From positions 88,102,001 through 88,166,000 of the forward strand of contig NC_042998.1 in assembly GCF_006345805.1 (NCBI RefSeq): a stretch of 64,000 nt of DNA, in the 5' to 3' direction. Of this stretch, positions 11,746 through 24,599 are shown in pieces. Under the pieces are notes generated by a model. The model worked only from the letters and a program-made list of their open reading frames with translations, was not told the DNA's origin and searched no databases. The translations under genes and the position numbers were made by a program. The stretch is from Octopus sinensis. Lineage: Eukaryota. The number at the start of each line of letters is the position of its first letter. Positions within the stretch are counted from its first letter, which is position 1.

Positions 11746-12683
11746 CCCATGTTTAACTTGTAATGTCCAATCTTATTCCAACTGACAGGACACACCAAAA
11801 TCGTTTATAAGAAATTTCAAATTGGCCCAAAGTGCCACACAGTGGGACTGAACCTGGATCAGTGCAGTTGGGAAGCAAGCTTCTTACCGCACAGCCATGC
11901 TTGTGCCTATATGTGTGTGTTCTAAGTTTCTGTATACCAACTCCAATGACTTTCTTTCCTTTCACTTTCCTCATCACCCCAGTCTTGTACTTTAGAACTT
12001 ATTAACATAGATATTAAAACATCAAAATAAATTTCCCTTGCATTGTTAATCTAATTTGTGTATATATACACATATGCATGCATGTGTATGTGTTTGTGTG
12101 TGTGAGGCCGGTTTCATGGATTCTGTTGCATATATTACCCCCCACAATCACCACTAAAAGGGGCACTGGCTCTTCACAGTAGTACCCATTATTGCCAGCT
12201 GAGTGGACTGGAGCAACATGAAGTAAAGTGTTTTGCTCAAGAACACAATGAATCAGTGAGGAATCCAGGATTCAAAACCACAAACTTATGATCATGAGTG
12301 AGACACCCTAACCATTAAGCCATGCACATCCACTTGACTCAGGGAGGACCTTTGCTTCTTTTTTTGATGTGTGTGTGTGTGTGTGTGTCTAGCTAGCTAA
12401 ATTTGTAGGTAAGTCAGTCAATCTGTCTATCAATCCTGAAATATATTTAAATATTAGAAAGCTTACCTGGGAGGAATATAAAAATGTAAATACATTTGTG
12501 CTTACACATTTTAAACATTCCTTCTTCACAGCAACATTTTTCAATATTTGAATTTATTTCAATTCTTCTCATTCACATTGCTTTGCGCCAAGCAATCCAT
12601 TACAATGAAGCCTTCAATTATGACTGTTTTATATGTATGTATGTGTGTGTGTGTGTGTGTGCGTACATATATATATATATATA

Positions 12684-13603
12684 TGAGGGGGTATTCACTA
12701 AAAATTTCCCCTGATCCACTGCTGGTTATTGCAGAAAATGGAACTTGTACAGGTATAATCATACATGTCATGCTGTAAATTTCAGCTTTCCACTAGTATT
12801 CATTCGTCTTTTATGGCTGATGAAGTGGACTAAGATGTTATAATGGAGACAGTTGAATGCAGATTAGAGATCATGCTCTTATACTTGAAAGGTTGTACAC
12901 TAAAAGAGACTTTCAATAAGATGAAAGAAGTTTATGGTGACAATGCACCATCAATATGATGTAGTCAAACACTGGCATCACCAGTTCAAATGTTGTCAGG
13001 CATCAGTGGAAACTGCTTCTATTCCTTGATGACAATACCATCCATAAAGTGGAAACCGCTATTTTGGAGGACTGCCACATAACTATTCAGCAACTAGCCC
13101 AAGAAGTGAAGATAAGTGTAGGGTCCATGGGAAAAAAATCATTCACGGCCATTTGCACATGTGGAAGTTGTCTGCATGATGGAAGCAGGAATGATTCAAT
13201 TGCTCCCATGCTCTTTTGGCAATGTGCCAAGAAAAGAAGGACTTTTTGGGCAGACTTATCACACAGGATGAAACATGAGTCCATCACTATGATCCTGAGA
13301 CTAAAGTCCAGTCAAAGCAATAAAAGCATGATAACTCACCACCTCCAAAGAAGGCTTGTGTCAAACCTTCTGCTGGCAAAGTGATGCCCACAGTCTTTTG
13401 GGACCAGTGGAGAATAATAATGATGGATTTTCTGGCAAAGGGCACCACAAGTAATCGGGCATATTATAAGTCATTGCTGCAGAAATTGTGGAATGCCATT
13501 CAAAGCAGAAAGGCATGGCAGTCCGACCAAAGGAGTCCACCTCCTCCAAGACAATACCCCAGTTCACAATGTACATGTTGTCCAGATGAAAGCATACCCC
13601 TCA
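12684..13603 (+). mobile_element. Mariner-family transposon, decayed and internally deleted
   Basis: TA|TGAGGGGGTAT ... ATACCCCTCA|TA termini. Frameshifted translation gives HTH-region (EVYGDNAPS.YDVVKHW), ITQDET*VHHYDPETK, GKVMPTVFWD and LLQDNTPVH. The third catalytic D region is missing. Confidence 0.85.
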
Positions 13604-14159
13604 TATATATATATCTTAAATCAATATTCTGTGCTATTGATTGGTGAAAGAAATTGGGTACATCTACGGCGCAACACTTATCAGGAGATTCTCACGTACG
13701 TTTTCCACACATCAAAAGCATAAGAAGAATGTGTTTACATTCTTATATTTCTCTCAAAGCTATATTTTGTAATGTATATATAATATAGGCACAGTCACAC
13801 ATGTGTGGCATCTTAAGCAAGTGTTTTCTACTATAGCTCTGGGCCAATGTAAGCTTTGCATTTGTATTTGGTGGACAGAAACTGAAGAAGCTCATTGTAC
13901 ATGTACACATATATGCGTATATATGTCTGTGTGTACGAGCGAGTATGTGCATGTTTTGTATCTCCTTTTATTGACATTGCGTAATTGTTGTAAACGTACA
14001 TTCTGTGAAAAGATGTCAGGCCATGGGGAAATATTAGTTTGCTTGGAAACAGGTAAGGGTTGGCAACAGCAAAGGCATCTGGCTACAGGAAGCCTGCCTC
14101 AATAAAATTGCCTGACCCTTGCAAGCATGAAAAAGTGGATATAAAATTGATGACAATGA

Positions 14160-14185
14160 TACATACATATACATAGATATGCGCA

Positions 14186-14282
<97 letters not shown>

Positions 14283-14285
14283 ATG

Positions 14286-14316
<31 letters not shown>

Positions 14317-15457
14317 ATGTATATATATGTGTGTGTGTGTGTGTGTATGTATATATGTGTGTGTGTGTGTGTGTGTATGTATATATATGTGTGTGTGTGT
14401 GTATGTATATATGTGTGTGTGTGGTGTGTGTATGTATATATATGTGTGTGTGTGGTATATATATATATATTGTGTGTGTGTGGTGTATGTATATATATGT
14501 GTGTGTGTGTATGTATAATATATATATATGTGTGTGTGTATATGTATATGTGTGTGTGTGTGGTGTATGTATATATATGTGTGTGTGTATATGTATATAT
14601 ATATGTGTGTGTGTTATGTATATATATATATATATGTGTGTATATATATGTGTGTATATGTATATATATATGTGTGTATATGTATATATATATACGTGTG
14701 TATATGTATATATATACGTGTGTATATGTATATATATATGTGTATATGTATATATATATATGTGTATATGTATATATGTATGTGTATATGTATATATATG
14801 TATGTATATATGTATATATATATATGTATATATGTGTATATATATATGTGTGTGTGTGTATATGTATATATATATATATATGTGTGTATATGTATATATA
14901 TATGTGTGTATATGTATATATATATGTGTGTATATGTATATATATATATATATGTGTGCATATGTATATATATGTGTGTGTATGTATAAGTATATATATA
15001 TGTATGTATATATATGTATATATATATGTATGTATATGTATATATGTATGTATATGTAAGTATATATATGTGTATGTATATGTAGTATATATATGTGTGT
15101 GTATATGTAAGTATATATATGTGTGTATGTATTATAAGTATATATATGTGTGTATGTATATATAGTATATATATATATGTGTGTATATATAAGTATATAT
15201 ATATGTGTGTATATATATAAGTATATATATATGTGTGTATATATATAAGTATATATATGTGTGTATATATATATAGTATATATATATGTGTGTATATATA
15301 TATATATTATATATGTGTGTGTATATATATATATATATATAGTGTGTATATATATAAGTATATAATATGTGTGTATATATATATGTATGTATATATGTGT
15401 GTATATATATAAGTATATATATATGTGTGTATATATATATATGTGTGTGTATATATA

Positions 15458-15489
<32 letters not shown>

Positions 15490-16325
15490 GTGTGTGTGTG
15501 TGTATATATATATATAATATATATATATATAATATATATATATATGTGTGTGTGTTGTGTGTGTGTGTGTGTATGTATATATATGTGTGTGTGTGTGTGT
15601 TGTGTGTGTATGTATATATATGTGTGTGTGTGTGTGTGGTGTGTATGTATATATATGTGTGTGTGTTGTGTGTATGTATATATATGTGTGTGTGTGTGTG
15701 TATGTATATATATGTGTGTGTGTGTGTATGTATATATGTGTGTGTGTGTGTGTGTGTATGTATATATGGTGTGTGTGTGTGTATATATATATTATATATG
15801 TGTGTGTGTGTGTATGTATATATATGTGTGTGTGTTGGTATATTATATATATATATGTGTGTGTGTATATGTATATATGTGTGTGTGGTGTGTATATGTA
15901 TATGTGTGTGTGTGTATATGTATATATATATGTGTGTGTGTGTATATGTATATATATATATATATGTGTATATATATATATATGTGTGTATATGTATATA
16001 TATATGTGTGTGTATGTATAAGTATATATATATGTATGTATATGTAAGTATATATATGTATGTATATGTAAGTATATATATGTGTGTATGTATATGTAAG
16101 TATATATATGTGTGTATGTATATGTAAGTATATATATGTGTGTATGTATATGTAAGTATATATATGTGTGTATGTATATATAAGTATATATATGTGTGTA
16201 TATATAAGTATATATATATGTGTGTATATATATAAGTATATATATATGTGTGTATATATATAAGTATATATATATGTGTGTATATATATAAGTATATATA
16301 TGTGTGTATATATATAAGTATATAT
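14160..16325. repeat. About 2.2-kb compound (TG)n/(TA)n/(TATG)n microsatellite with higher-order units
   Basis: Direct reading. Almost uninterrupted purine-pyrimidine alternation, ending about 135 nt before the 16464 acceptor. Confidence 0.95.
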
Positions 16326-16463
16326 ATTTGCTTCTAATTTGATAAATTTACTTCAAAAAGTGTTCAAAAATTGTTTCATTTTTGAGGATTCTAAATAAGC
16401 AAGTTTAATTTCATTATGTAAATTTTACATTTCTAGTTAATTTTTCTTCTTTTCTTTTTCCAG

Positions 16464-16505
16464 GATGCAAAATGATATAAAATTACCTCATGACAAACGA
16501 AGGAA
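16464..16505 (+). CDS. SLC25A10: Mitochondrial dicarboxylate carrier, internal 42-nt exon (R)MQNDIKLPHDKRR(N)
   Basis: Polypyrimidine tract + ccag|GATGCAAAAT...AGGAA|gtaagt. Translation matches the recalled DIC segment MQNDVKLPxxQRRN and is in phase with the next exon. Confidence 0.93.
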
Positions 16506-16639
16506 GTAAGTACTAATTTTAACAAAGTCAATCTGATTAGATTTTTAAAATTTATCCTCCTGTAATTCATTCATTCATTCATTATTTAGATACCTTAACC
16601 GAAAACAACAATTTTTTCTATTTTCGTACAAAACCTGAA

Positions 16640-16824
16640 ATTTTGATGTGGAGGAATTAATTGACTACATTGATGCCAGTTCTTGACCAGTACTTATTTT
16701 ACTGACTTCAGAAGGATGAAAGACTAAGTCGACTTTAGCAGTATTTGAACTTAGGAAGTAAAGCCCAGAGAAATGCTTCTAAGTAGTTTGTCCAGCATAT
16801 TACTGATTGTCCCAGCTTGCCACC

Positions 16825-16856
<32 letters not shown>

Positions 16857-17260
16857 CCTTTCTACTCTAAGCACAAGGCCTGAAATTTTGCGGGAGGGGA
16901 CTAGTTGATTTGATCGACCCCAGTGCTCAAATGGTGCTTCATTTATTGACCCCAAAAGGATGAAAGGCAAAGTTGAAAGGTCAACTTTGTCCAGTGTGCT
17001 AATGATTCTACCAGTTCACTGCCTTAATGATAATGATAATAATAATCCTTTCTACTCTAGGCACAAGGCCTGGAATTTGTGGGGAGGGGGACTAGTCGAT
17101 TACATCGACCCCAGTGTTTCACTGGTTCTTAATTTATCAACCCTGAAAGGATGAAAGGCAAAGTCGACCTCAGCGGAATTTGAACTCAGAACATAGTGAC
17201 AAGTGAAATACTGCTAAGCATTTTGTCTAGTGTGTTAACAATTCTGTCAGCTTAATAATA
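16640..17260 (-). mobile_element. Three Nin-domain SINEs stacked head-to-tail with (TAA)n linkers
   Basis: Repeated GCACAAGGCCTG...GATGAAAGGCAAAGT...GCCAGCT..CC.CCTTAATAATAAT units. Confidence 0.8.
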
Positions 17261-17679
17261 ATAATATTGCCTGACTCTTGCAAGCATGGAAAAGTGGACA
17301 TAAAAGTGATGATGACAACGATACATACATATATACATACATATACATAGATATGCGTGTGTATGTGTGTGTGTCTGTATATATATATATATATATGTCT
17401 TGTTATTCTTCTTGTCCTGTCTTTTACTGTTTATATTTTGTACTGTTGTTACTGTCCTGTTTTTGTTACCATTTTTACCCCTCCACAAAAAGATCTCAAA
17501 TTTTATTTAATTTGCTTTTCGCGGGAAGGAAAGTTTCTATTGAAGATGCGTATCGCCTTCACCTTCGAAACGCAGAGTAGATGAAACCATGGCGACTGAA
17601 GAAGGGGAATTTTCCTTGTGTTATTTGTCCTGTACTCTATCTTTTCGTTGTTTAAGAAAAATGTCCAGTTCCTTGGTTT

Positions 17680-18600
17680 TCATCATCATCATCATCATCG
17701 TTTAGCGTCCGCTTTCCATGCTAGCATGGGTTGGACGGGTCAACTGGGGTCTGTGAAGCTGGAAGGCTTCGTCAGGCCCAGTCAGATCTGGCAGTGTTTC
17801 TACGGCTGGATGCCCTTCCTAACGCCAACCACTCCGCGAGTGTAGTGGGTGTTTTTTACGTGCCACCTGCACAGGTGCCAGACAGAGCTGGCGAACGGCC
17901 ACGAACGGATGGTGCTTTTACGTGTCACCGGCACGGGGCCAGGCGATGCTGGCAACGGACACGAACGGATGGTGCTTTTACGTGCCACCGACACGGGGCC
18001 AGACAGAGCTGGCAAACGGCCACGAACGGACGGTGCTTTTACGTGTCACCGGCACGGGGGCCAGCCGAGGCTGGCAACGGACGCGAACGGATGGTGCTTT
18101 TACGTGCCACCGACACGGTTGCCAGACAGAGCTGGCAAACGGCCACGAACGGATGGTGCTTTTACGTGCCACCGACACGGGGCCAGACAGAGCTGGCAAA
18201 CGGCCACGAACGGAGGTGCTTTTACGTGTCACCGACACGGGGCCAGGCGAGGCTGGCAATGAACACGAACGGATGGTGCTTTTACGTGCCACCGACACGG
18301 GGCCAGGCAGAGCTGGCAAACGGCCACGAGCGAATGGTGCTTTTACGTATCACCGGCACGGGTGCCAGACGAGGCTGACAGCGGACACGAACGAATGGGT
18401 CACTTAACCCCTGCTTTCTGATATATGATTTGATTTTGATTGTTCTCACTGGTCTTGCCGGGTCTTCTCACGCACAGCATACTTCCATAGGTCTCGGTCT
18501 CTGGTCATTTCCTTGGTGAGACCTAGAGTTCGAAGGTCGTGCTTCACCACCTCGACCCAGCTTTTCCTGGGTCTACCTCTTCCACAGGTCCCCTGTTTTT
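17680..18600 (-). mobile_element. RTE LINE 3' end with nine-unit 60-61-bp VNTR in its 3' UTR
   Basis: ORF end GTCGRGRPRKSW.EVVKHDLRTLGLTKEMTRDRDLWKYAV at 18446-18600. GGTGCTTTTACGT units at about 17849, 17911, 17971, 18032, 18093, 18154, 18215, 18275 and 18336. (GAT)n tail at 17680. Confidence 0.88.
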
Positions 18601-18718
18601 GTTTCTCATTGTGTTCGACGTTTTTTCGGTGTCCTGTACCCATATATGCATGTATATATACATGTAGAGGTAGGTACATACATATATGTATGTATATATG
18701 CATATGTTTTATTTATTA

Positions 18719-18759
<41 letters not shown>

Positions 18760-18981
18760 AATAACTCTAGTCTAGAGAGTTTTTTTATGCAGTTCAAGAA
18801 AGTTAAGCCAGGAGAGGTAGGCCCCGAAACGGTGCACATTCTCTCCTGATGACCCCATACACTTGCTGGCTTCCGGTATATGGAGATTTTGACTGGTAGC
18901 ACTTGCATATGCAAGTTGTTTGCTAGACAATGCTGCTAAGTAATTTTTCCAGCATGCTAATGATTGTCCCAGCTTGCCACC

Positions 18982-19075
18982 TTAATAATAATAATAACAA
19001 TAATAATAATAATAACAATAATAATAATAATAACAATAATAATAATAATAATGATAATAATAATAGTAATTATAA
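18982..19075. repeat. (AAT)n microsatellite at the 5' flank of a truncated Nin-SINE
   Basis: Direct reading. Confidence 0.9.
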
Positions 19076-20545
19076 TATGGAGGCAATGACCAAGACATTT
19101 AGCATTGTGTTGTGCTTGAGAAGAAGACCCATCAAGCCAAGCAAAATTGAAGTTGTGGCAGATACCAGTGTCACGCAAATTGCCACTCATGCTGGTGGTG
19201 TATAAATGAACCCCAGTGTCATGCAAATGGTACCCATGCCAGAGGCACATAAAAGCACCTATTACACTCTTGGAGTGGTTGGTGTTAGGAAGAGCATCCA
19301 ACCATAGAAAACCATGCCAAATCAGACTGAAGCCTGGTACAGCCTTTCAGTGTGCCAGCCCAGTCAAACTATCCATTCCATGCCAGCATGGGCAACAGGT
19401 GTTAGATGATGATGGTGATGTTTCAAATTTTGGCCCATAGCCAGGAAATTAGTAGGAGGGATAAGTTGATTACATCAATACCTGTACTTGATATGTACTT
19501 CATTTTATCAACACCAAAAGGTGGAACAGTTAAGCTCAGCAGGATTTGAACTCAGAATGTAAAAAGCCGGAACAAATGCCACTAAGCATTTCATCCAATA
19601 GTTTAACAGGATCTGAAAAGTCAAAGGGCTGCATTGTGCCCCAGATTCTGTTTTGGTTTGGCTTCTACAGCTGAATGCCATTCCTAGTGGCAACCACTTT
19701 ACAGAATGAACTAGTTAGGTTTTTCTATGGCACCAGGGCGAGTGAAACCACCCTGCAACTTGCAAGACTAAAGGTACTCTATAACTGAAGAAGAATGGAA
19801 GAGAGGGAGAGAGAGTGAGATAATTTTAGGCAAGGTGATGAGAAATGAAAGGAATAGATTTATAGTTGTAAGAGGGGGTGTAGTTAAGAGAGTAAGAGAG
19901 AAGATACTATTGAGGAGGGGCATGTAGAGGGGACAGAGATGGTGTCAGTCTGTGGTTAGGGTGGAAGGAAAAGAGAGGTGTAGAGGAGGTCCAAGGCTAT
20001 CTCATGTTATGAAGATGAGTATAAGGAGAAGTGTGAGGGGAAAGGCAACATGAATGAGGAAAAATAGATGAATGGTGGGCCTTAAGTATACAAATGGCAT
20101 GCATGTGGAAAGAATGCTGGCAAAGTATGCAACATGAATGAAGCTCTAATATCAATAATAGAAAATGTAAGGCTATAAGACGAAATGCAATTATGTTTAG
20201 AGAACGTACATTTATAAAGAAATGTAAAATTACTACCAAATTACTGCCAACATATTATGTTGCATTTTTAATACAGTTAGTATTTGTTACTAAACACAGT
20301 ATCATTATAAATACTGTTATCTTGTTTATGTTTACATGTAGTAAGAAACTGACCCCATCTCATTCTCATTATTGTCACCCTTTTGATGCAACCCAAACAA
20401 AAGAAGTATATTGTCTATATATAATATGCAGTTATATAATTAAATATTGTTACATGCAAAATGAAAGTGAAGTGAAGCAAGCTGTTATGTAGATGTACAA
20501 TGGCAACGTAATCTTGCTATTACACATGTTAAAGCAATGGGCGTG

Positions 20546-20737
20546 CATACACAAATGTGCCCCACTGACTTTGTTTCTTCATAACTTCAAGAAAAATGGA
20601 TATTTTTTAATGAAATTTTCTTTAAATATGCTTCAGATGGCACAAGTTCTGATTATATCTGAATTTATTTTACAAAAAGTGTTTTCACTGAAAATAAAGA
20701 GAAAACAAAGTCAGTGGAGCACATATTTGTAGGTATG
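20546..20737. mobile_element. MITE with about 33-bp imperfect TIRs
   Basis: CATACACAAATGTGCCCACTGACTTTGTTTCT ... AGAAAACAAAGTCAGTGGAGCACATATTTGTAGGTATG. Confidence 0.65.
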
Positions 20738-21302
20738 TTGCAGTTAGCTCTGGCAGGTCATTGTATATCATTGAACCTGCATTACTTGAAGTCCATAGTA
20801 AACTTGTATTTTTTTAAATATATAATGTAGGTATCTCTCTTTACCAATCTACTGTGAATAATAACTGGATCTTCTGGGAATGTTAGTATTTCCCATCTTC
20901 TCACCAGTATAGAACCTTGGCCTAAATATTGTATTTTTTTCTTAGGATCTGAAGTTTCCTGTCAGTCTGTAACATTGCAGCCTGTGTCCATGGACCTCTC
21001 TCCGACCCACATCCTATTATCTCTGGTATACCTTAATCTGGTAATGTCCTCCCACACTTTTCCTTCTGTACATTAACAACCTGTTTGTTGTCACTTTATA
21101 ACAACTCACTACTCTTATGTACATGATGTTGTGCCTCAGTTCTTAACCATGCACAGATAAGCATCATTTATATGCAACCTGAGCAACACATCATGCAAGG
21201 CATGTGCTGAACCTATAAACAGAAACCTCCAATTCATCTGCTGATAGCAACACAATGCAATCAATCACCCGATTGAGGTATACAACGAAGCATTAACGTA
21301 AA

Positions 21303-21495
21303 GAAGTGTTTAGGTATGAGCAGAATTTAGACTGGTTGAAATATGTCTGTCATATATTTCAACAGCTAAAATACAAATACACTGCAGTTATCGTAGAGAA
21401 AAATCTCTCTAATGTAAAAAGGTGTGAAATAGCAGTTGAAATACGTTTGTCACATATTTCAACTAGCCTAAATTCTGCTTATACCTAAATGCTTC
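21303..21495. mobile_element. MITE with about 45-bp TIRs
   Basis: GAAGTGTTTAGGTATGAGCAGAATTTAGACTGGTTGAAATATG ... CATATTTCAACTAGCCTAAATTCTGCTTATACCTAAATGCTTC. Confidence 0.7.
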
Positions 21496-21550
21496 ATTGA
21501 ATCTTTATAAGTTCCACTGTTGAGTATTCAGTTGCTTGATCAACTGAGTA

Positions 21551-21771
21551 CAGTAATTTCTCGACTATCGTGGGTATTACGTTCCAAAACCCCCGTGACA
21601 GGTGAAAATCCACAAAGTAGAAACAGTACTGTACTATATATTTTTTTAATTATTTATATAATTTGTAGATATTTATTTTATTATAAATGCAAAGCAACAC
21701 TGCAGAGGAATCAATGTAAGCTTAAATAATAAACCGCGATAGGTGAATCAGGATATAGTGAGAGATTACAG
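21551..21771. mobile_element. pogo/Tigger-type MITE
   Basis: TA|CAGTAATTTCTCGACTATCG ... CCGCGATAGGTGAA..GGATATAGTGAGAGATTACAG, resembling pogo-type CAGTAATCCCTCG termini. Confidence 0.65.
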
Positions 21772-24599
21772 TTTCTGGTCATTGAATTAGTGTATAACTG
21801 GTTGAGTATTCCACAGGTATGTGTTCTTTAATGTAACTCTTTGGCAAAATCATTGCAACAGAATGTGCAACAAGGCTGGACCTTTACTTAATAGTGCAGT
21901 TCATGCAACAGGTTTCCACACAATTTCCACCTACCCAATTTCACTCAGTGAAATTGAACTGAGCTTTTTTTTTTTGTGATTATGAAGCAAACTTCTTAAC
22001 CATTTGGCTATGCTGTGTGAATCATGAATAACTACTAAAACTATCAAAGTCTGTACAAATGCCTGACTTCATAGTCTCTCATCTACCAAGGATAGTATTG
22101 CCAAAGACTGAACCACAGCACCTGCAATTTTAAGAGGAGGGGCTAAGTGAATTACATTGACCACTGCACCTGACCGGTTCTTTATTTTATTGATACCCCA
22201 CTTCCATCCCCACCACCAAAAGGATAAAAGACAAAGTTGATCTTGGTGAAACTTACGCTCAGAATGTAAAGACAGATGAAGTGCTTCTAAGCATTTTGTC
22301 TGGTGTGCTAACGATTCTGCCAGATCATCACCTTGATAATGAGAGCCAGGAAATACAGTGTCCTGGATCAGATACTGACTTTCTAAATTAGGAGTGGGGA
22401 AATTTTTTAGTGCGGCAGGCAAAAATTTCCAAAGAAAAAGATCCACAGGCAGATCACAAGTTGTAACTCTTATATCTGTGTAAATCATATATATATCTAC
22501 ATATAATTCGATATTCGTTAATAAAGATAAGTTTAACACATTTATTTAATGCGTAACGTCTTCATTAACATCACCACTGAATTTAGGATGCTTATATTAC
22601 TTCTGAGATTTTTCAGCTAGAGTATAGTTGGGTCTCAAGAGCCTGGTACAAACCTAGCAATATGTGTTTTGTAGTGAAAACAAAATTTCCATTCAAATGG
22701 CAATTACTGAACAATGTTCTGTTCGAGCCTAATCATTTGAAGTTGTAGTGGAAATGCAACCTATGTTGCAAATAGGCATATGAATATTGTATAAATTTTG
22801 TAATTGAAAAATTTACTATATTTTGTACATATGAGTATACCAGCCTTCAGGTGCAATTGTGCCTGCAAGTGGGGTTTCCCCACCCCTAATCTAAATGAAT
22901 GAATATTCCTGTCTTCTTTACAGATGAAAGTTGGGAAGGTCAGATACAACCACTATACTTATCTATTTGTTACATGTCCATACTCTCTGCAGGATGTATA
23001 TGTCTTGAAGATGAGTTCTCTTCCAACTTATTTTCTGTTGAGGGTTTACTCCATTAGTAATTACCCCATCATAGGCACTTACAGTTAATGATTATGCATG
23101 CTAAGACTTGTCCTCCTTCTTGCCTGGCTGCCTTCCAAGGCTGTTATATCACCTGTGTACCTATGGACACAGTGGTGCCTTATTCTAGAGACATACTTTA
23201 ACAAAAAGCTAGTGTGCCTAATTCCTGATAATCTTACATGTTGGACTCTGATCTGGAATTTTGAAGTCTTTTGCTGACTCTATGCAAAACTTATATAAGT
23301 TCTCCATTGGAGTGTTGTTTACATAAAAAGCCATTTAGCTGATGACTTATTACCAATGACTCAGGCACCAACCGTCTTTCTCACAAATGCATTGCTTTTT
23401 GTATTCCTACTACAATAGTCTTTGTTTTTCTGAACTAGCACTTTGCATATCCTCTCCATATGAGCCTTAACCTTCCACTTGTCTTTCTTCTTAATATTTT
23501 TATTGTTTCATCTCTGGGATTCACACATCCCACCAAGTCATCATCATCTTCATTTAACGTCTGTTGTCCATACTGGCAAGGGTTGGACGGTTTGACCAGG
23601 GCTGGTAAGTTGGAAGGCTACACCAAACTCCAGTCTGATTTGGTATGGTTTTCTACAGCTGGATGCCCTTCCTAATGCTATTGACTCCAAGAGTGTAATG
23701 GGTACTTTTATGTACCACAACACAGGTGCCATTTGTGTGACACTGGTATCTGTCATGACTGCGATTTTGCTCAGCTTGATGGTTCTTCTTCTCAAGCACA
23801 ACATAATGCCAAAGGTCTTGTTCATTGCCTCTGTGAGGCCCAAACTTAAAAGGAACTCAGCCACTTTGCCTCTGTGTGGCTCAGCATTTGAAAGGATCTC
23901 GGCCACTTTGCCTCTGTGAGGTTCAATGCTCAAAACAGCCACATAAAACACAACCCAGTCTTTCTTCTCTGATCTATATCACTCTAAAATTTCACTAGAC
24001 CCAAACTTTTTCTGTAGATAATGATCTACAAATGTTAAATTAAAACATTGTCTCCATTACTGTCACTAGTCTCAGAGGGCCTGTAAATGATATGATAACT
24101 GCCCCTTCCCTGATTACCTTATAAAAATTTCATCAAAATAAAATACCCATCACAAATTTTATTTTCATAGTTTTCTTTTCAACTTTTACTATTTGCTATT
24201 TGTGCACTGCATAAACAGATTATGTACCTCATAAGAAAAGAGAAGGTTGAAAGGTAGGGATAGAATAACAAATATTTATTTCAGATTTAGCTTGTTGTTT
24301 ACTTGACGCTCAATAACCTAGTAGTTTGGCTGTTGCACTCACAATTGCAAGGATGTGGCTTCTATTCCTAAACCAAGCAGTGTGCTATGTCCTTGGGTAA
24401 GACACTTCATTCCACATTGCTTCAATTAACTGAGCTGAAATGGGTTATATTTACTGGAAAATGGTACCTTGCAGAGTATTAGACATAAATAGATGCAACT
24501 ACAAGGCAGCATACTGGACATTGTTTACTGATTGCTTTCACTGTTTTCCTAAATAATGTGAGAGATGTTTACATGGCACAAAAGTCACAGATATTTTAT

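Noticed and set aside
568-16127. Many long ORFs rich in Y/I/C/V/M/H/T (for example 14179-15165, 15369-16127, 2131-2628)
   Set aside because: They are translations of TA/TG/CA microsatellites, which happen to lack stop codons. No protein-like composition.
1-16463. Upstream SLC25A10 exons (GG..GTPAD.VNVR and earlier)
   Set aside because: Searched by eye for the expected codons with splice sites and found none. They probably lie left of the window, though a manual miss is possible.
17731-18407. Repetitive ORFs of 113-215 aa and a CRISPR-like appearance
   Set aside because: All frames are open because of a GC-rich VNTR in a LINE 3' UTR. The inter-repeat segments are variants of one another rather than unique spacers, there are no cas genes, and the context is eukaryotic.
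18809-18848. Hammerhead-like CAGGAGAG...GAAAC...CTCTCCTG
   Set aside because: Stem I and GAAAC are present, but the CUGANGA core between stem I and stem II is absent and stem III is mismatched. It cannot be called a ribozyme.
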